Source of the DNA: Candidatus Krumholzibacteriia bacterium
GTDB taxonomy: Bacteria > Krumholzibacteriota > Krumholzibacteriia > LZORAL124-64-63
NCBI GenBank assembly: GCA_046484865.1
Contig: JAWOID010000119.1
Location: 1-34,139, forward strand
Direction: 5' to 3'
DNA length: 34,139 bases
Part shown: one piece after another, positions 18,701-26,624 of the stretch
Numbering within the stretch: position 1 is the first letter of the stretch
Layout of the letters: each line of letters starts with the position of its first letter
Notes under the pieces: model-generated
The model's database searches: none
What the model was told of the DNA's origin: nothing
What the model saw: the letters and a program-made list of their open reading frames with translations, nothing else
Translations under genes and position numbers: made by a program

Positions 18701-19047
18701 ATGCGGTCGACCGCCGCCTTGACGTCGTCCAGCACCTCCTGCGGACTGGCGTCGCGCTGCAGTTCCAGCAGCACCGTGCCCATCCCCTCCACGGCGGTGG
18801 AGGTGATCTTCTTGACCCCGTCGATGCCCTGGATCTGCTCCTCGACCCGGACGTTGACGCTCTCCTCCACCTCCGCCGGCGTGCCGCCGAGGTAGGGCAC
18901 CTGGATGCTGACGATGTCGAGGTCGGTATCCGGGAACACCTCCTGCTTGATCGTCAGGGCGCTCATGGCGCCGAAGACGAGGATGGTCGCCATCAGCAGG
19001 TTGGCCGCCACGTGGTTGCGGGAGAACCACCGGATCATGCCGCTCAC
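15736..19047 (-). CDS. RND efflux transporter permease (AcrB/AcrD/AcrF family)
   Basis: NHVAANLLM, EVEE, GIVVDDAIVVGEN, GVVVNDSLIMIDFIN, RFRPIMLTSVTT, LIPMAISLGFG. Confidence 0.96.
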   Translation of the reverse strand: MSGMIRWFSRNHVAANLLMATILVFGAMSALTIKQEVFPDTDLDIVSIQVPYLGGTPAEVEESVNVRVEEQIQGIDGVKKITSTAVEGMGTVLLELQRDASPQEVLDDVKAAVDRIITFPAETEKPIVTLLERRQQVIDLVLSGDIPERALKELAEKVRDDLVTLDHVTYAEIVGTRPYEISIEVSEQTLRAHGLTLGDVTQAVRTNSLDLPGGRVKTAGGEVLVRTKGQRYTGEEFGEIVVITRPDGTEVTLDQIAVVRDQFEDVDTAGRLDGKPAATIAVYRTGEAGVLEVAGAVKDYVAEQRDLLPAGVAMTTWFDRSEIYRDRMNLLIKNGTVGLILVFVCLAAFLQMRLAFWVALGILISFLGAFMVLPWFGVSLNMLSMFAFIVSLGIVVDDAIVVGENVFAHRERGRRRQAAATLGALEVAAPVTFAVLTTVVAFLPLAFVEGMMGKFMYAIPVVVIAVLLFSLVESLLILPAHLSSIKGVRPQGAEPSGRTGRGGPGRWYAHGKADLQARLQRFVNGTYRKHLDWGLTHRGLVLALAVGGFLVTMGMVMGGHLRFTFMPRIDSDNLVATVTLPQGTTVDDARRAVEQIEAGLAALKEEVGAASPEGAPSIFEHTFTTIGSQPRVSMGPHGGSGSDGGAHLLEVNAELVSSADREMSSSALARRWRELTGPIPGAVAVSFSADLFGGGKALQVQLSSSSTDDLVAAAQRLKQELAVYPGVSDIEDSFREGKVELKLGLKPEARTLGLTLADLARQVRAGFYGDEAMRIQRGRDEVKVMVRYPEEERRSIGDIENMRVRTPAGAEVPFHRVARVDEGRGYAAIERSDRKRVVNVSGDVDQAVTNAGEVVADLQAAVLPRLAADYPGLRYGFEGEEQDRAESMASLGRGALLAVMMIYVLLAVLFRSYAQPLIVMSAIPFGFMGAVLGHLIMRWDLTLLSMFGVVALTGVVVNDSLIMIDFINRARREGMDQRQAILQAGTRRFRPIMLTSVTTFAGLTPLLLETSLQARFLIPMAISLGFGVVFATLITLMLVPVLYAGLADLKRWLGFRTVDQVAADEAEELEDLSYAHPTTTQGGAPAEGRDHPRPTGTGRGVML

Positions 19048-20381
19048 GGCGTCCCTCCTCCGGCGGCCACGCCGGCGCCCCCGCCGTCGCCCTGGCTGCC
19101 CGCGACGTCGCTGTCGCCAGCGCCCTGGCTGCCCGCGACGTCGCTATCGCCGGCGCCCTCGCCGGCGCGGGCGGGCGGGGTGGCAGTTCCCGCCGCGACG
19201 CGAATCTGCATGCCGTCGGTGACGTACTGCAGGTTCGTGACGACCACGCGATCGCCCGGCTGCAGTCCACCGGTGACGATGGCCTCGCGCACGCCGGCCC
19301 GGGCCACCCGCACGTCGCGCACGTCGATCGTCTCGTCGTCCGTCACCACCCACACCTGATCGCCCGGACGCAGGGCGGCGCGCGGGATGGCCACGGCGTG
19401 CCCGGGAGCGTGCCCGCGGAACACCGCCTCCACGAACATCCCCTCCACGAGCGGCGGCCGCTCGCCGTGGGCGCGGTAGGGGTCGAGTACCTCGACCACC
19501 ACCGGCACCTGGCGGCTCTGCCGGTCCACCGCGCCGCCGAGGCGCACGACCCGACCCTCCCACACGTGGTCGCCGCCGGCGAATTCGCTGCGGATATCGA
19601 CCGGAGCCACGGGCGCCGCCCCATCGGTGCCGTCGGGCACGGCGATCCAGGCGAGGTCGGCGTCGGGCACCGTCACGGTGATCTCGGCCACGTCGGTGCC
19701 GTAGATCGTGCCCACCGGATTGCCGGCGCGCACGTACTGCCCGGCGTCCACGGACGAGGCGAGCGTGCGGCCGTCGAACGGAGCGCGGATGGTGGTGCGT
19801 TCCAGGTTCACCCGTGCCTGGCGCAGGGCGGCCTCGGCGGCCGACAGCTCCGCCCGCGCCAGGGCGAGCTGCGGCTCCCGGAAGACCAGCGGGTTGGGTG
19901 CGTCCGGCAAGGCGCTGGGCAGGTCGGCAGCGGCGTCCGTCGGGGAATCGCCGCGGATCTGTTCCCACTCGCGGCGCGCGGCGGCGGCCTCCTCCTCGGC
20001 CATGGCCAGGTTGTAGCGGGCGCGGGCCACGTCGGCGGCGGCGCGCTCCACGGCCAGCACGTAGTCGGTGTCGTCCACCTCGATCAGCACGTCGCCGGCG
20101 CGGAAGAAGGCGCCCGGCTCGAACGACGGCGACTTCACCTCCACCTCGCCCGACACCTGAGGCACCACGTCCACCGAGCGCTTCGCGACCACGCTGCCGA
20201 AGCCGCGCACCCGGACCACGGGGATGGTGTCGCTCACGGCCGTCACCTCCACGACCGGCCGGGCGACCAGGGGGGGGCGCTTGGGCGGCTCGGGACGCAG
20301 CCGGATCATGACCACGAACACGACCGCCGCCAGGACCAGCACGGCCAGAGGCAGCAAGCGGCGCAGCCGGGGGCTAGCCAT
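19044..20381 (-). CDS. RND periplasmic adaptor subunit (MFP)
   Basis: N-terminal TM; VVPQVSGEV, NLERTTIRAPFDG, GMFVEA, IPRAAL, GLQPGDRVV; 4-bp overlap with the permease. Confidence 0.94.
   Translation of the reverse strand: MASPRLRRLLPLAVLVLAAVVFVVMIRLRPEPPKRPPLVARPVVEVTAVSDTIPVVRVRGFGSVVAKRSVDVVPQVSGEVEVKSPSFEPGAFFRAGDVLIEVDDTDYVLAVERAAADVARARYNLAMAEEEAAAARREWEQIRGDSPTDAAADLPSALPDAPNPLVFREPQLALARAELSAAEAALRQARVNLERTTIRAPFDGRTLASSVDAGQYVRAGNPVGTIYGTDVAEITVTVPDADLAWIAVPDGTDGAAPVAPVDIRSEFAGGDHVWEGRVVRLGGAVDRQSRQVPVVVEVLDPYRAHGERPPLVEGMFVEAVFRGHAPGHAVAIPRAALRPGDQVWVVTDDETIDVRDVRVARAGVREAIVTGGLQPGDRVVVTNLQYVTDGMQIRVAAGTATPPARAGEGAGDSDVAGSQGAGDSDVAGSQGDGGGAGVAAGGGTP
19088..19159. repeat. 33-bp tandem duplication in the MFP tail (GAGDSDVAGSQ x2)
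   Basis: cgccctggctgcccgcgacgtcgctRtcgccRg at 19088 and 19121. Confidence 0.85.
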
Positions 20382-21981
20382 CGATCGTCTCCTTCGGGTC
20401 CGGATCCCGGCCCGGGTTGGGGGTCGTCGCCACCGACGGTACGGTCGTCAGGTTCCAGTCGCCGCCGAGGGCCAGGAAGAGGTCGACGCGGGCGGTGCGG
20501 TGGGCCAGCTCGCTCTGCAGCAGCGCGCTCTCCGCCTCGAACAGCCGGCGCTGGGCGTCCAAGGTCAGCAGGAAGTTGTCGAGGCCCCGCCGGTAGCGGT
20601 CCTGCGCGAGCTGCAGCGAGCTGCGGGCCTCGGCCACCGAGCTGCGCAGCTGCGCCAGCCGCTGCCCCTGGAACTCCTCGGCCGCCAGGGCCGACTCCGC
20701 CTCCCGGAACGCGGCGAGCACCGCGGCGCGGTATCCGGCCGCCGCCTGGAACGTGCGCGCGCGCGCCGCCTCGACCTGGGCCTGCTGCGCTCCCCGGTTG
20801 ATCAGCGGCATCATCAGCCGCGCAGCGAGCGACCAGATCGTGGTGGCGTCCAGGAAGAGGTCGCTCAGCTCCGTGGAGCGGGTGCCGCCCTCGCCCGTGA
20901 GCGTGATCTGCGGGAAGAGCAGCGCCTTGGCCTCGCCGATGCGGGCGGTGGCGGCGGCCAGCCGGGCCTCGGCCGCGCGCAGGTCGGGACGCCGTTCCAG
21001 CAGCGACGCCGGCAGACCCGCGGGCACCACCGGCAGCGGCGGCGGCATGGTGGCATCATCGAGCCCGGGGGTGGCGGTGGCCGCCGTGCCGGCGGGATAG
21101 CGTCCGACCAGCACCTCCAGCCGCCGGCGCGCGTCCGCCAGGTTCTGCCGGTCCTGGGGCGCCCGGGCCAGCGCCGAGGCGAGGTTCTGGCGCGCCAGCC
21201 GCACGTCCAGCGACGGCACCAGCCCGCGCACGTAGCGTTCCTCGACGATCGCCAGGTTGTCGCGGTAGTTCGCGGTGGTGCGCTCGGTGAGGGCGAGCTG
21301 CGCCTCGAAGTGGCGGATCTGCAGCCACGTGCGGGCCACCTCCGCCACCAGGGTATGGGCCACCGCCAGCCGATCGTTCTCGGACGCGAGCAGGGCGGCG
21401 TAGGCCGCCTGTTCGGAGCGGGAGAGCCGACCCCACAGATCGGGTTCGTACTGCAGCGTGGCCGTGACGGAGAACTGGTTGTTGTAGAACTCCGCGTCCC
21501 CGAACGGCGAGTTGAAGACGTTCTTGCTGCGCGTGGCGCCGGCGCCTGCGGTCACCGAGGGCCAGCGCGCCGCGGCCGCGCCCCCGTGCAGGGCGCGGGC
21601 CTCCAGCACGCGGCCCACCGCGTGGGCGAGATCATGGTTGTGCTCCAGCGCCGCGACCACCAGCCGGTCGAGGGTGCTGTCGCCGAAGGCCGTCCACCAG
21701 GCGTGGGCCACCAGGGCGGTGTCGAGGACGACAGTCGCCGGGTCGGCCGGATCGGCCGGGTCTGTCGGGTCGGCCGGGTCTGTCGGGTCTGTCGGGTCGG
21801 CCGGGCCGGCGCCCGGCGCCACGAACGCGGACGGCGGTTCCACGCCCAGCTCGGGCCGCTCGTAGTCGGGGCCCACGGCGCAGCCGGAGGCGCCGAGCAG
21901 GGCGAGCAGCGAGATCGTCGTGGCCGCAGCCGCCACGAGGTGCGAGGCCGGTATGCCCCGCCGCACCGGACGCTCGCTCAT
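20374..21981 (-). CDS. Outer membrane efflux lipoprotein (NodT/OprM family)
   Basis: Lipobox ASGC-AVGPDYERP, WWTAFGD, YEPDLWGRL, LPASLLERRPDLRAAE, LFLALGGDW; ATG 21981 overlaps the TetR stop (ATGA). Confidence 0.94.
   Translation of the reverse strand: MSERPVRRGIPASHLVAAAATTISLLALLGASGCAVGPDYERPELGVEPPSAFVAPGAGPADPTDPTDPADPTDPADPADPATVVLDTALVAHAWWTAFGDSTLDRLVVAALEHNHDLAHAVGRVLEARALHGGAAAARWPSVTAGAGATRSKNVFNSPFGDAEFYNNQFSVTATLQYEPDLWGRLSRSEQAAYAALLASENDRLAVAHTLVAEVARTWLQIRHFEAQLALTERTTANYRDNLAIVEERYVRGLVPSLDVRLARQNLASALARAPQDRQNLADARRRLEVLVGRYPAGTAATATPGLDDATMPPPLPVVPAGLPASLLERRPDLRAAEARLAAATARIGEAKALLFPQITLTGEGGTRSTELSDLFLDATTIWSLAARLMMPLINRGAQQAQVEAARARTFQAAAGYRAAVLAAFREAESALAAEEFQGQRLAQLRSSVAEARSSLQLAQDRYRRGLDNFLLTLDAQRRLFEAESALLQSELAHRTARVDLFLALGGDWNLTTVPSVATTPNPGRDPDPKETIDG
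21737..21805. repeat. 9-bp tandem repeat encoding (DPA/DPT)n in the OMF N-terminus
   Basis: gtcggccgg / gtctgtcgg units; protein PADPTDPTDPADPTDPADPADPAT. Confidence 0.85.
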
Positions 21982-22766
21982 GCGGAGGCTCCTTCCTGCG
22001 CGGCTCGGTCGCTGGCCGCGAGGGCGCGCACGCCGCCGGCGCTGAACCGGGTGAGGTGCTCCATGGCGGCCTGGATGTACTCGTCGCGCGGGCCGTGCAG
22101 CGCCGGGAGCGTCTGCGCCAGCAGCTCGCTGGCGGGCGTGCCAGGCTGCGCCTCGTTGCACTTGTACCAGCGCATGATCACGTGGACGATCTGGCCCACC
22201 AGGGACATGACCGCCCAGGAGGCGCTCTTCGCGCCCAGTCCCGGGGCGGCCGCCTGCAGCAGACCGGTGAACGTCTCGTGCACCGGCAGCACCAGCTCGC
22301 GCAGGAAGGTGGTGCCGCCGCGGCGGGGGTCGTGCATCTCCCAGGCGATCAGCCGCATGAAGTTCGCGCCGTGCGCCGACGCGAGCGTCTCCTCGAGGTA
22401 CTGCCGCACGAAGTCGCCGACGAGCGAGTCGAGATCGGGCCGGCCCCGGGCGTCGCGCTCGGCGCTCATGAGCGCCGCGATCGAGGCGTCGCGCTTGAAG
22501 TGCAGCCGCCTCAGCAGCACCTCACGGTAGAGATTCTCCTTGCCCTGGAAGTGGTAGTTGACCGCGGCCACGTTCACGTCCGCCTCGGCGGCGAGATCGC
22601 GCACCGACACGCCGTCGAACCCCCGCTCGGCGAACAGCCTCTCGGCCGCGGCGAGCAGGCGGTCCTTGGTCGTCTCGCGGGCCGGGTTGGCCGCGTCGGC
22701 CGGGTCGGCGGGGTCGGCGGGGCCGTGGGGCGAGGGGGGGGAGCTGCGGTTCGGTTCGTGGCTCAC
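21978..22766 (-). CDS. TetR-family regulator with CecR/YbiH-like (DUF1956) C-terminus
   Basis: TKDRLLAAAERLFAERGFDGVSVRDLAAEADVNVAAVNYHFQGKENLY; SLVGQIV; HLTRFSAGG. GTG 22766 with GAGG RBS. Confidence 0.9.
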   Translation of the reverse strand: MSHEPNRSSPPSPHGPADPADPADAANPARETTKDRLLAAAERLFAERGFDGVSVRDLAAEADVNVAAVNYHFQGKENLYREVLLRRLHFKRDASIAALMSAERDARGRPDLDSLVGDFVRQYLEETLASAHGANFMRLIAWEMHDPRRGGTTFLRELVLPVHETFTGLLQAAAPGLGAKSASWAVMSLVGQIVHVIMRWYKCNEAQPGTPASELLAQTLPALHGPRDEYIQAAMEHLTRFSAGGVRALAASDRAAQEGASA

Positions 22767-22881
22767 GTCGGTGCCTCGCGCGGGTGGGGTCTGCCGTCCG
22801 AGGGTCGCGGTCTCGATCGGATTCCGAACCGCTGCGCCTCGTCGGGGCGAATAGCGCTCGCCCGGGGCGGGTAAATCCTGG

Positions 22882-22932
22882 AACGGCTGTTTGAAACGTC
22901 CGATTGGGTGGGGCAATTTAAACGGCTGTTTG
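22882..22932. promoter_or_regulatory. Putative TetR operator triplet
   Basis: aacggctgtttg at 22882-22893 and 22921-22932, variant aacgtccgattg at 22895-22906; quasi-palindromic AAAC-N4-GTTT. Confidence 0.7.
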
Positions 22933-22943
22933 GCCGGTGTCAA
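22915..22943 (-). promoter_or_regulatory. Sigma-70 promoter of the tetR-efflux operon
   Basis: TTGACA (22943-22938), 17-bp spacer, TAAATT (22920-22915). Confidence 0.75.
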
Positions 22944-22981
22944 GGGGCGCGGGAGCGGTTTTCGCGGCGGGTTGCGCCCGG

Positions 22982-23046
22982 GTGTACCCGGCGACACCCG
23001 GGTGCACCGAGCCCGAAGCATCGGGTCCGAGTGTCGCCGGGTACAC
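22982..23046. repeat. REP-like hairpin with perfect 16-bp inverted repeat
   Basis: gtgtacccggcgacac (22982-22997) and gtgtcgccgggtacac (23031-23046); inner hairpin cccga-agca-tcggg. Confidence 0.85.
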
Positions 23047-23217
23047 TGGAAGGCCGGCGGGCCGGGATCGCACCGAACCTCGGGTAACGGTCGGTCGCGC
23101 GTCAGTCCGGACCGCACGCTTGCGTATCATTGCAATGGTGGGCAGACTGATGATCGTCCGGCGCCAGCGGCCATGACCCTGAGCCATGACCCTGAGCCAT
23201 GTCCCCGAGAGGTCTCC

Positions 23218-24228
23218 TTGCGTTCGGTGCTTCCATCCGTTCTCGCCGTCCTGGTCGTGATCGCCGCGTGCGGTCCACGATCCGACCCGGCGCAGGACAA
23301 GGAATCCACCGCGCCGGCCGGGGCGTCCTCCGTTGCGGCCGGCGCGGCGCCCGCCGACGCGCCGCTGCGCGCCGTCGCGATCACGTTCGACGATCTGCCG
23401 CACGCGCGGGCGGGCGCGCACAGCCTCGCCTTCGCCCAGGAGACCACCAGGCGTCTGCTCCGCACGCTCGACAGCGAGGGCATCCCGGCCGTCGGCTTCG
23501 TGACCGAAGGCCAGATCGACGAGGCCGAGCATCCCGAGGCGCGCACGGCCCTGCTCGAGGCGTGGCTCGAGGCCGGCATGGAACTGGGCAACCACACCTG
23601 GGGGCACGAGCGGTTCCGGGATACGCCGCTGGCGGAGTATCAGGACGAGGTGCTGCGGGGCGAGCGGATCACGCGCCGGCTCATGACCGAGCGCGGGATG
23701 CGCCTACGATTCTTCCGGCACCCCTACCTGAACACGGGGCCGGATCTGCAGACCAGGCGCGCGTTCGAGAGCTTCCTTGCGGCGCACGGCTACCGCATTG
23801 CGCCGGTGACGATCGACAACGACGATTACATCTACGCGCTGGCCTACGATCGCGCGATCGAACGGGGCGACGGTGACCTCATGCGCAGGATCGGCGAGGA
23901 CTACGTCCGCTTCATGGACACGACCTTCGCCTTCTTCGAGCGCCTGTCGCTGGAACTCCTCGATCGCGAGCCGGCGCAGGTGCTCCTGCTCCATGCGAGC
24001 CGTCTGAATGCGGACTCCATGGACGAGCTCGCGGCCATGATGCGGGAGCGGGGCTACCGGTTCGTGTCCCTGGAGGAGGCGCTGGAGGACCCCGCCTATG
24101 CCTTGCCCGATCGCTACACGGGCCGCAACGGACCGAGTTGGCTGAAGCGCTGGGCGATCACGCAGGGCGCAGATCCGGGCGAACCGCCCGACGTGCCGCG
24201 CTGGGTGCGCCGGATCGCCTCCCGCTGA
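23218..24228 (+). CDS. Polysaccharide deacetylase (CE4/NodB-like) lipoprotein
   Basis: Lipobox IAAC; AITFDDLP, ELGNHTWGH, FFRHPYL, VLLLH, GYRFVSLEEAL; TTG 23218 after GAGAGG. Confidence 0.9.
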   Translation: MRSVLPSVLAVLVVIAACGPRSDPAQDKESTAPAGASSVAAGAAPADAPLRAVAITFDDLPHARAGAHSLAFAQETTRRLLRTLDSEGIPAVGFVTEGQIDEAEHPEARTALLEAWLEAGMELGNHTWGHERFRDTPLAEYQDEVLRGERITRRLMTERGMRLRFFRHPYLNTGPDLQTRRAFESFLAAHGYRIAPVTIDNDDYIYALAYDRAIERGDGDLMRRIGEDYVRFMDTTFAFFERLSLELLDREPAQVLLLHASRLNADSMDELAAMMRERGYRFVSLEEALEDPAYALPDRYTGRNGPSWLKRWAITQGADPGEPPDVPRWVRRIASR

Positions 24229-24318
24229 CCCGGGACCTGGAGTCCCACGTCGGATCGTGCCGGTCCGGTGGGCGAGCACCGTCACCGGTCACCTGTTCCC
24301 ACGCCAGGAGACGAAACC

Positions 24319-24780
24319 ATGAGCGTGCCAGATCCCCTCGGCGACCTGATCGGCGACTGGGCCGGCGTCAGCCGGCTCTGGATGTCCCCCGATCACGAAG
24401 CGCAGGAGTCGGCGACCGAGGCCGACGTGGACATCGCGGCCGACGGCCGCTTCTTCGTCCTGCGGTACGCCTGGACCCAGGACGACCGCGAGCAGGACGG
24501 CATGCTGCTCCTGGGCTTCCAGAAGGACGGCACCGGCGAGGCCGTGTGGGTCGACTCCTGGCACATGGACGACCGCATGATGCACTGCAAGGGCGAGATC
24601 CGCCCCGACGGTACGGCCGCGGTCACCGGTTCCTACGCGGCGCCGCCTGGTCCGGACTGGGGCTGGCGCCTGGAGATCCAGCCCGACGGCAGCGAGGGGT
24701 TCACGCTGATGATGTTCAACATCGACCCCGAGGGGCAGGAATCGCGGGCGGTGGAGGCCATCTACGCGCGGGTGGATTAG
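24319..24780 (+). CDS. DUF1579-like beta-barrel protein
   Basis: LIGDWAG...WVDSWHM...GSY...PDWGWR...MFNI...AVEAIY; AGGAG RBS. Confidence 0.75.
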   Translation: MSVPDPLGDLIGDWAGVSRLWMSPDHEAQESATEADVDIAADGRFFVLRYAWTQDDREQDGMLLLGFQKDGTGEAVWVDSWHMDDRMMHCKGEIRPDGTAAVTGSYAAPPGPDWGWRLEIQPDGSEGFTLMMFNIDPEGQESRAVEAIYARVD

Positions 24781-24860
24781 CGGACCTCGGGGCGGTCCTT
24801 CGCCAGCCGCTTGCGCAGGTCACGCGCGGGTGGGGTAGCGCGGGTGGGATGGCGCCAATC

Positions 24861-25110
24861 AGCTCGATGGACCCGGGTACACTTGCAGGCTCTCGGCGCA
24901 GCTTGGTGTCGCCGGGTACTGGCGGGCACCCGGCCCAGCCCGGCGGCCCCGAGTGCACTTGCAAAGCCCCGGCGCAGCTTGGTGTCGCCGGGTACACTGA
25001 CAGGCCCCGGCGCAACTCGGTGTACCCGGGTACACTTGCAGGCCCCGGCGCAGCTTGGTGTCGCCGGGTACACTTGCAGACCCCCGGCGCCGCCCGGTGC
25101 ACCCGGGGTG
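24861..25110. repeat. Intergenic tandem array of about 38-bp palindromic units with 76-bp higher-order period
   Basis: agcttggtgtcgccgggtac at 24900, 24976 and 25052, alternating with units of the type aactcggtgtacccgggtacacttgcaggccccggcgc; perfect palindrome gtgtacccgggtacac at 25020-25035. Confidence 0.9.
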
Positions 25111-25169
25111 CAAAGAGTTAACCCGATGGAAACACACTGCTTTCCATACCGCCGAGCGCGCACCGCCGC

Positions 25170-25198
25170 TTGGCTTTGCTTCTTCTGCCGGTTACATT
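25170..25198 (+). promoter_or_regulatory. Possible sigma-70 promoter for the aminotransferase-pckA pair
   Basis: TTGGCT-17 bp-TACATT in locally AT-enriched DNA, followed by a hairpin at about 25212-25243. Confidence 0.35.
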
Positions 25199-25343
25199 CG
25201 ACGCTTCGCAAGGGCCCGCCGTCTCGGTGAGAGACCGCGGGCCGGGCTGCTTAGGCGGCAGGGGCGCCGCCGGCGGCCCGCAACCGTGCTGCACGACCGT
25301 CGCGCGCCGCGCGTCTGCGCCGCGCCTTCCGGGGGACCCGAGG

Positions 25344-26558
25344 ATGACCATCAGCCAGATTGCCAGGACCATCGGCGAGTCGGCCACCCTGAAGCTCAAC
25401 GAGCGGGCCGCGCTGCTGCGGGCGAAGGGGGATCCGGTGATCCACCTGGGCGGCGGCGAGCCGAAGAGCATGCCGCCGGTGGACGCCCTGGTGGCCGCCG
25501 CCTCAATGCTCAACTCGGGCGAGGTGCGTTACACGCCCGCCGACGGCACGCCGGCGATGAAGGCCGCCATCATCCGCTACACCGAGGAGTACTACGGGCG
25601 CAAGGTCACCCCGCGCATGGTCATGGCGTCGGGCGGGGCCAAGCAGGCCATCATGGTGTGCCTGCAGGCGATCCTGAACCCGCAGGAAGAGGTGATCTTC
25701 CCGGCGCCGTACTGGGTGAGCTACCCCGAGATGGCGCGCCTGTGTGGCGCGGTGCCGGTGCCGGCGGTGCCCGAGGACGGCACCTTCGTGCCGAGCATCG
25801 AGGACATCGCTGACCGCGTGGGGCCGTACACCCGGGCGGTGATCATCAACAGCCCGAACAACCCGTCAGGGGCGCTCTACCCGGCGGAACTCATCGGCGA
25901 GATCGTGGAGTTCTGCGAGCGGAAGGGCCTGTACCTGATCATGGACGACATCTACAACCGCCTGGTGTTCGACGGCAAGCAGGCGGCCAACCCCTACACG
26001 TACGCCAAGGACCTGAGCGACCAGTCGAAGCTGGTGGTGATCAACGGGGTGTCGAAGATCTACGCCATGACAGGCTTCCGCGTGGGGTGGGCGGTGGCCA
26101 ATCCGAGTCTCATCGAGGTCATGGGGAACATCCAGGCGCACCAGACGAGCGGGCCCTCCGGACTGCTGCAGAAGGCGGCGGTGGCCGCGATCAACGGCGT
26201 GCAGTCGGGCGTGGAGAACATGCGGCTCACCCTGCAGAACAACCGCGACATCCTGGTGCGGCTGCTGCGCAGCTTCGACGGCGTCCGGATCACGCCTCCC
26301 GACGGCACCTTCTACTGCTTCGCCGACTTCAGCGCGTACATGAAGGACTCGAAGAAGCTGAGCGAGTTCCTGCTCGAAAAGGTGCAGGTGGTGACGGTGC
26401 CGGGCGTGGAGTTCGGGTTCGAGGGTCACCTGCGCCTCTCGACCTGCGGCGCGGTGAAGGACATCATCGAGGGCATCGAACGCATGAAGTGGGCGCTGGA
26501 TCCCAATGCGCCCAACGAGCTGTACATCGGCGACCGCAAGCTGATCCGGGACTGGTAG
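25344..26558 (+). CDS. PLP-dependent class I/II aminotransferase (aspartate aminotransferase-like)
   Basis: GGAKQAI, PYWVSYPEM, NSPNNPSG, DDIY, NGVSKIYAMTGFRVGW (PLP Lys), VPGVEFG, LRLS. Confidence 0.94.
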   Translation: MTISQIARTIGESATLKLNERAALLRAKGDPVIHLGGGEPKSMPPVDALVAAASMLNSGEVRYTPADGTPAMKAAIIRYTEEYYGRKVTPRMVMASGGAKQAIMVCLQAILNPQEEVIFPAPYWVSYPEMARLCGAVPVPAVPEDGTFVPSIEDIADRVGPYTRAVIINSPNNPSGALYPAELIGEIVEFCERKGLYLIMDDIYNRLVFDGKQAANPYTYAKDLSDQSKLVVINGVSKIYAMTGFRVGWAVANPSLIEVMGNIQAHQTSGPSGLLQKAAVAAINGVQSGVENMRLTLQNNRDILVRLLRSFDGVRITPPDGTFYCFADFSAYMKDSKKLSEFLLEKVQVVTVPGVEFGFEGHLRLSTCGAVKDIIEGIERMKWALDPNAPNELYIGDRKLIRDW

Positions 26559-26624
26559 CGCCGGCACCGGCGGACGGGCGGGAGCGACGGACGCGAACGA
26601 CCTGCGGAGCAGAAGGGAAGCGGG

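Noticed and set aside
15775..19359. Long antisense or alternative-frame ORFs (e.g. 15775..19359 +, 20224..22530 +, 9055..11226 -, 25866..28010 -)
   Set aside because: Shadow ORFs expected in high-GC DNA; they overlap well-supported genes and have Arg/Gly/Pro-rich or antisense-typical composition without motifs.
24861..25110. CRISPR array
   Set aside because: The sequences between the most conserved repeats are themselves variants of the repeat, not unique spacers; no cas genes or AT-rich leader.
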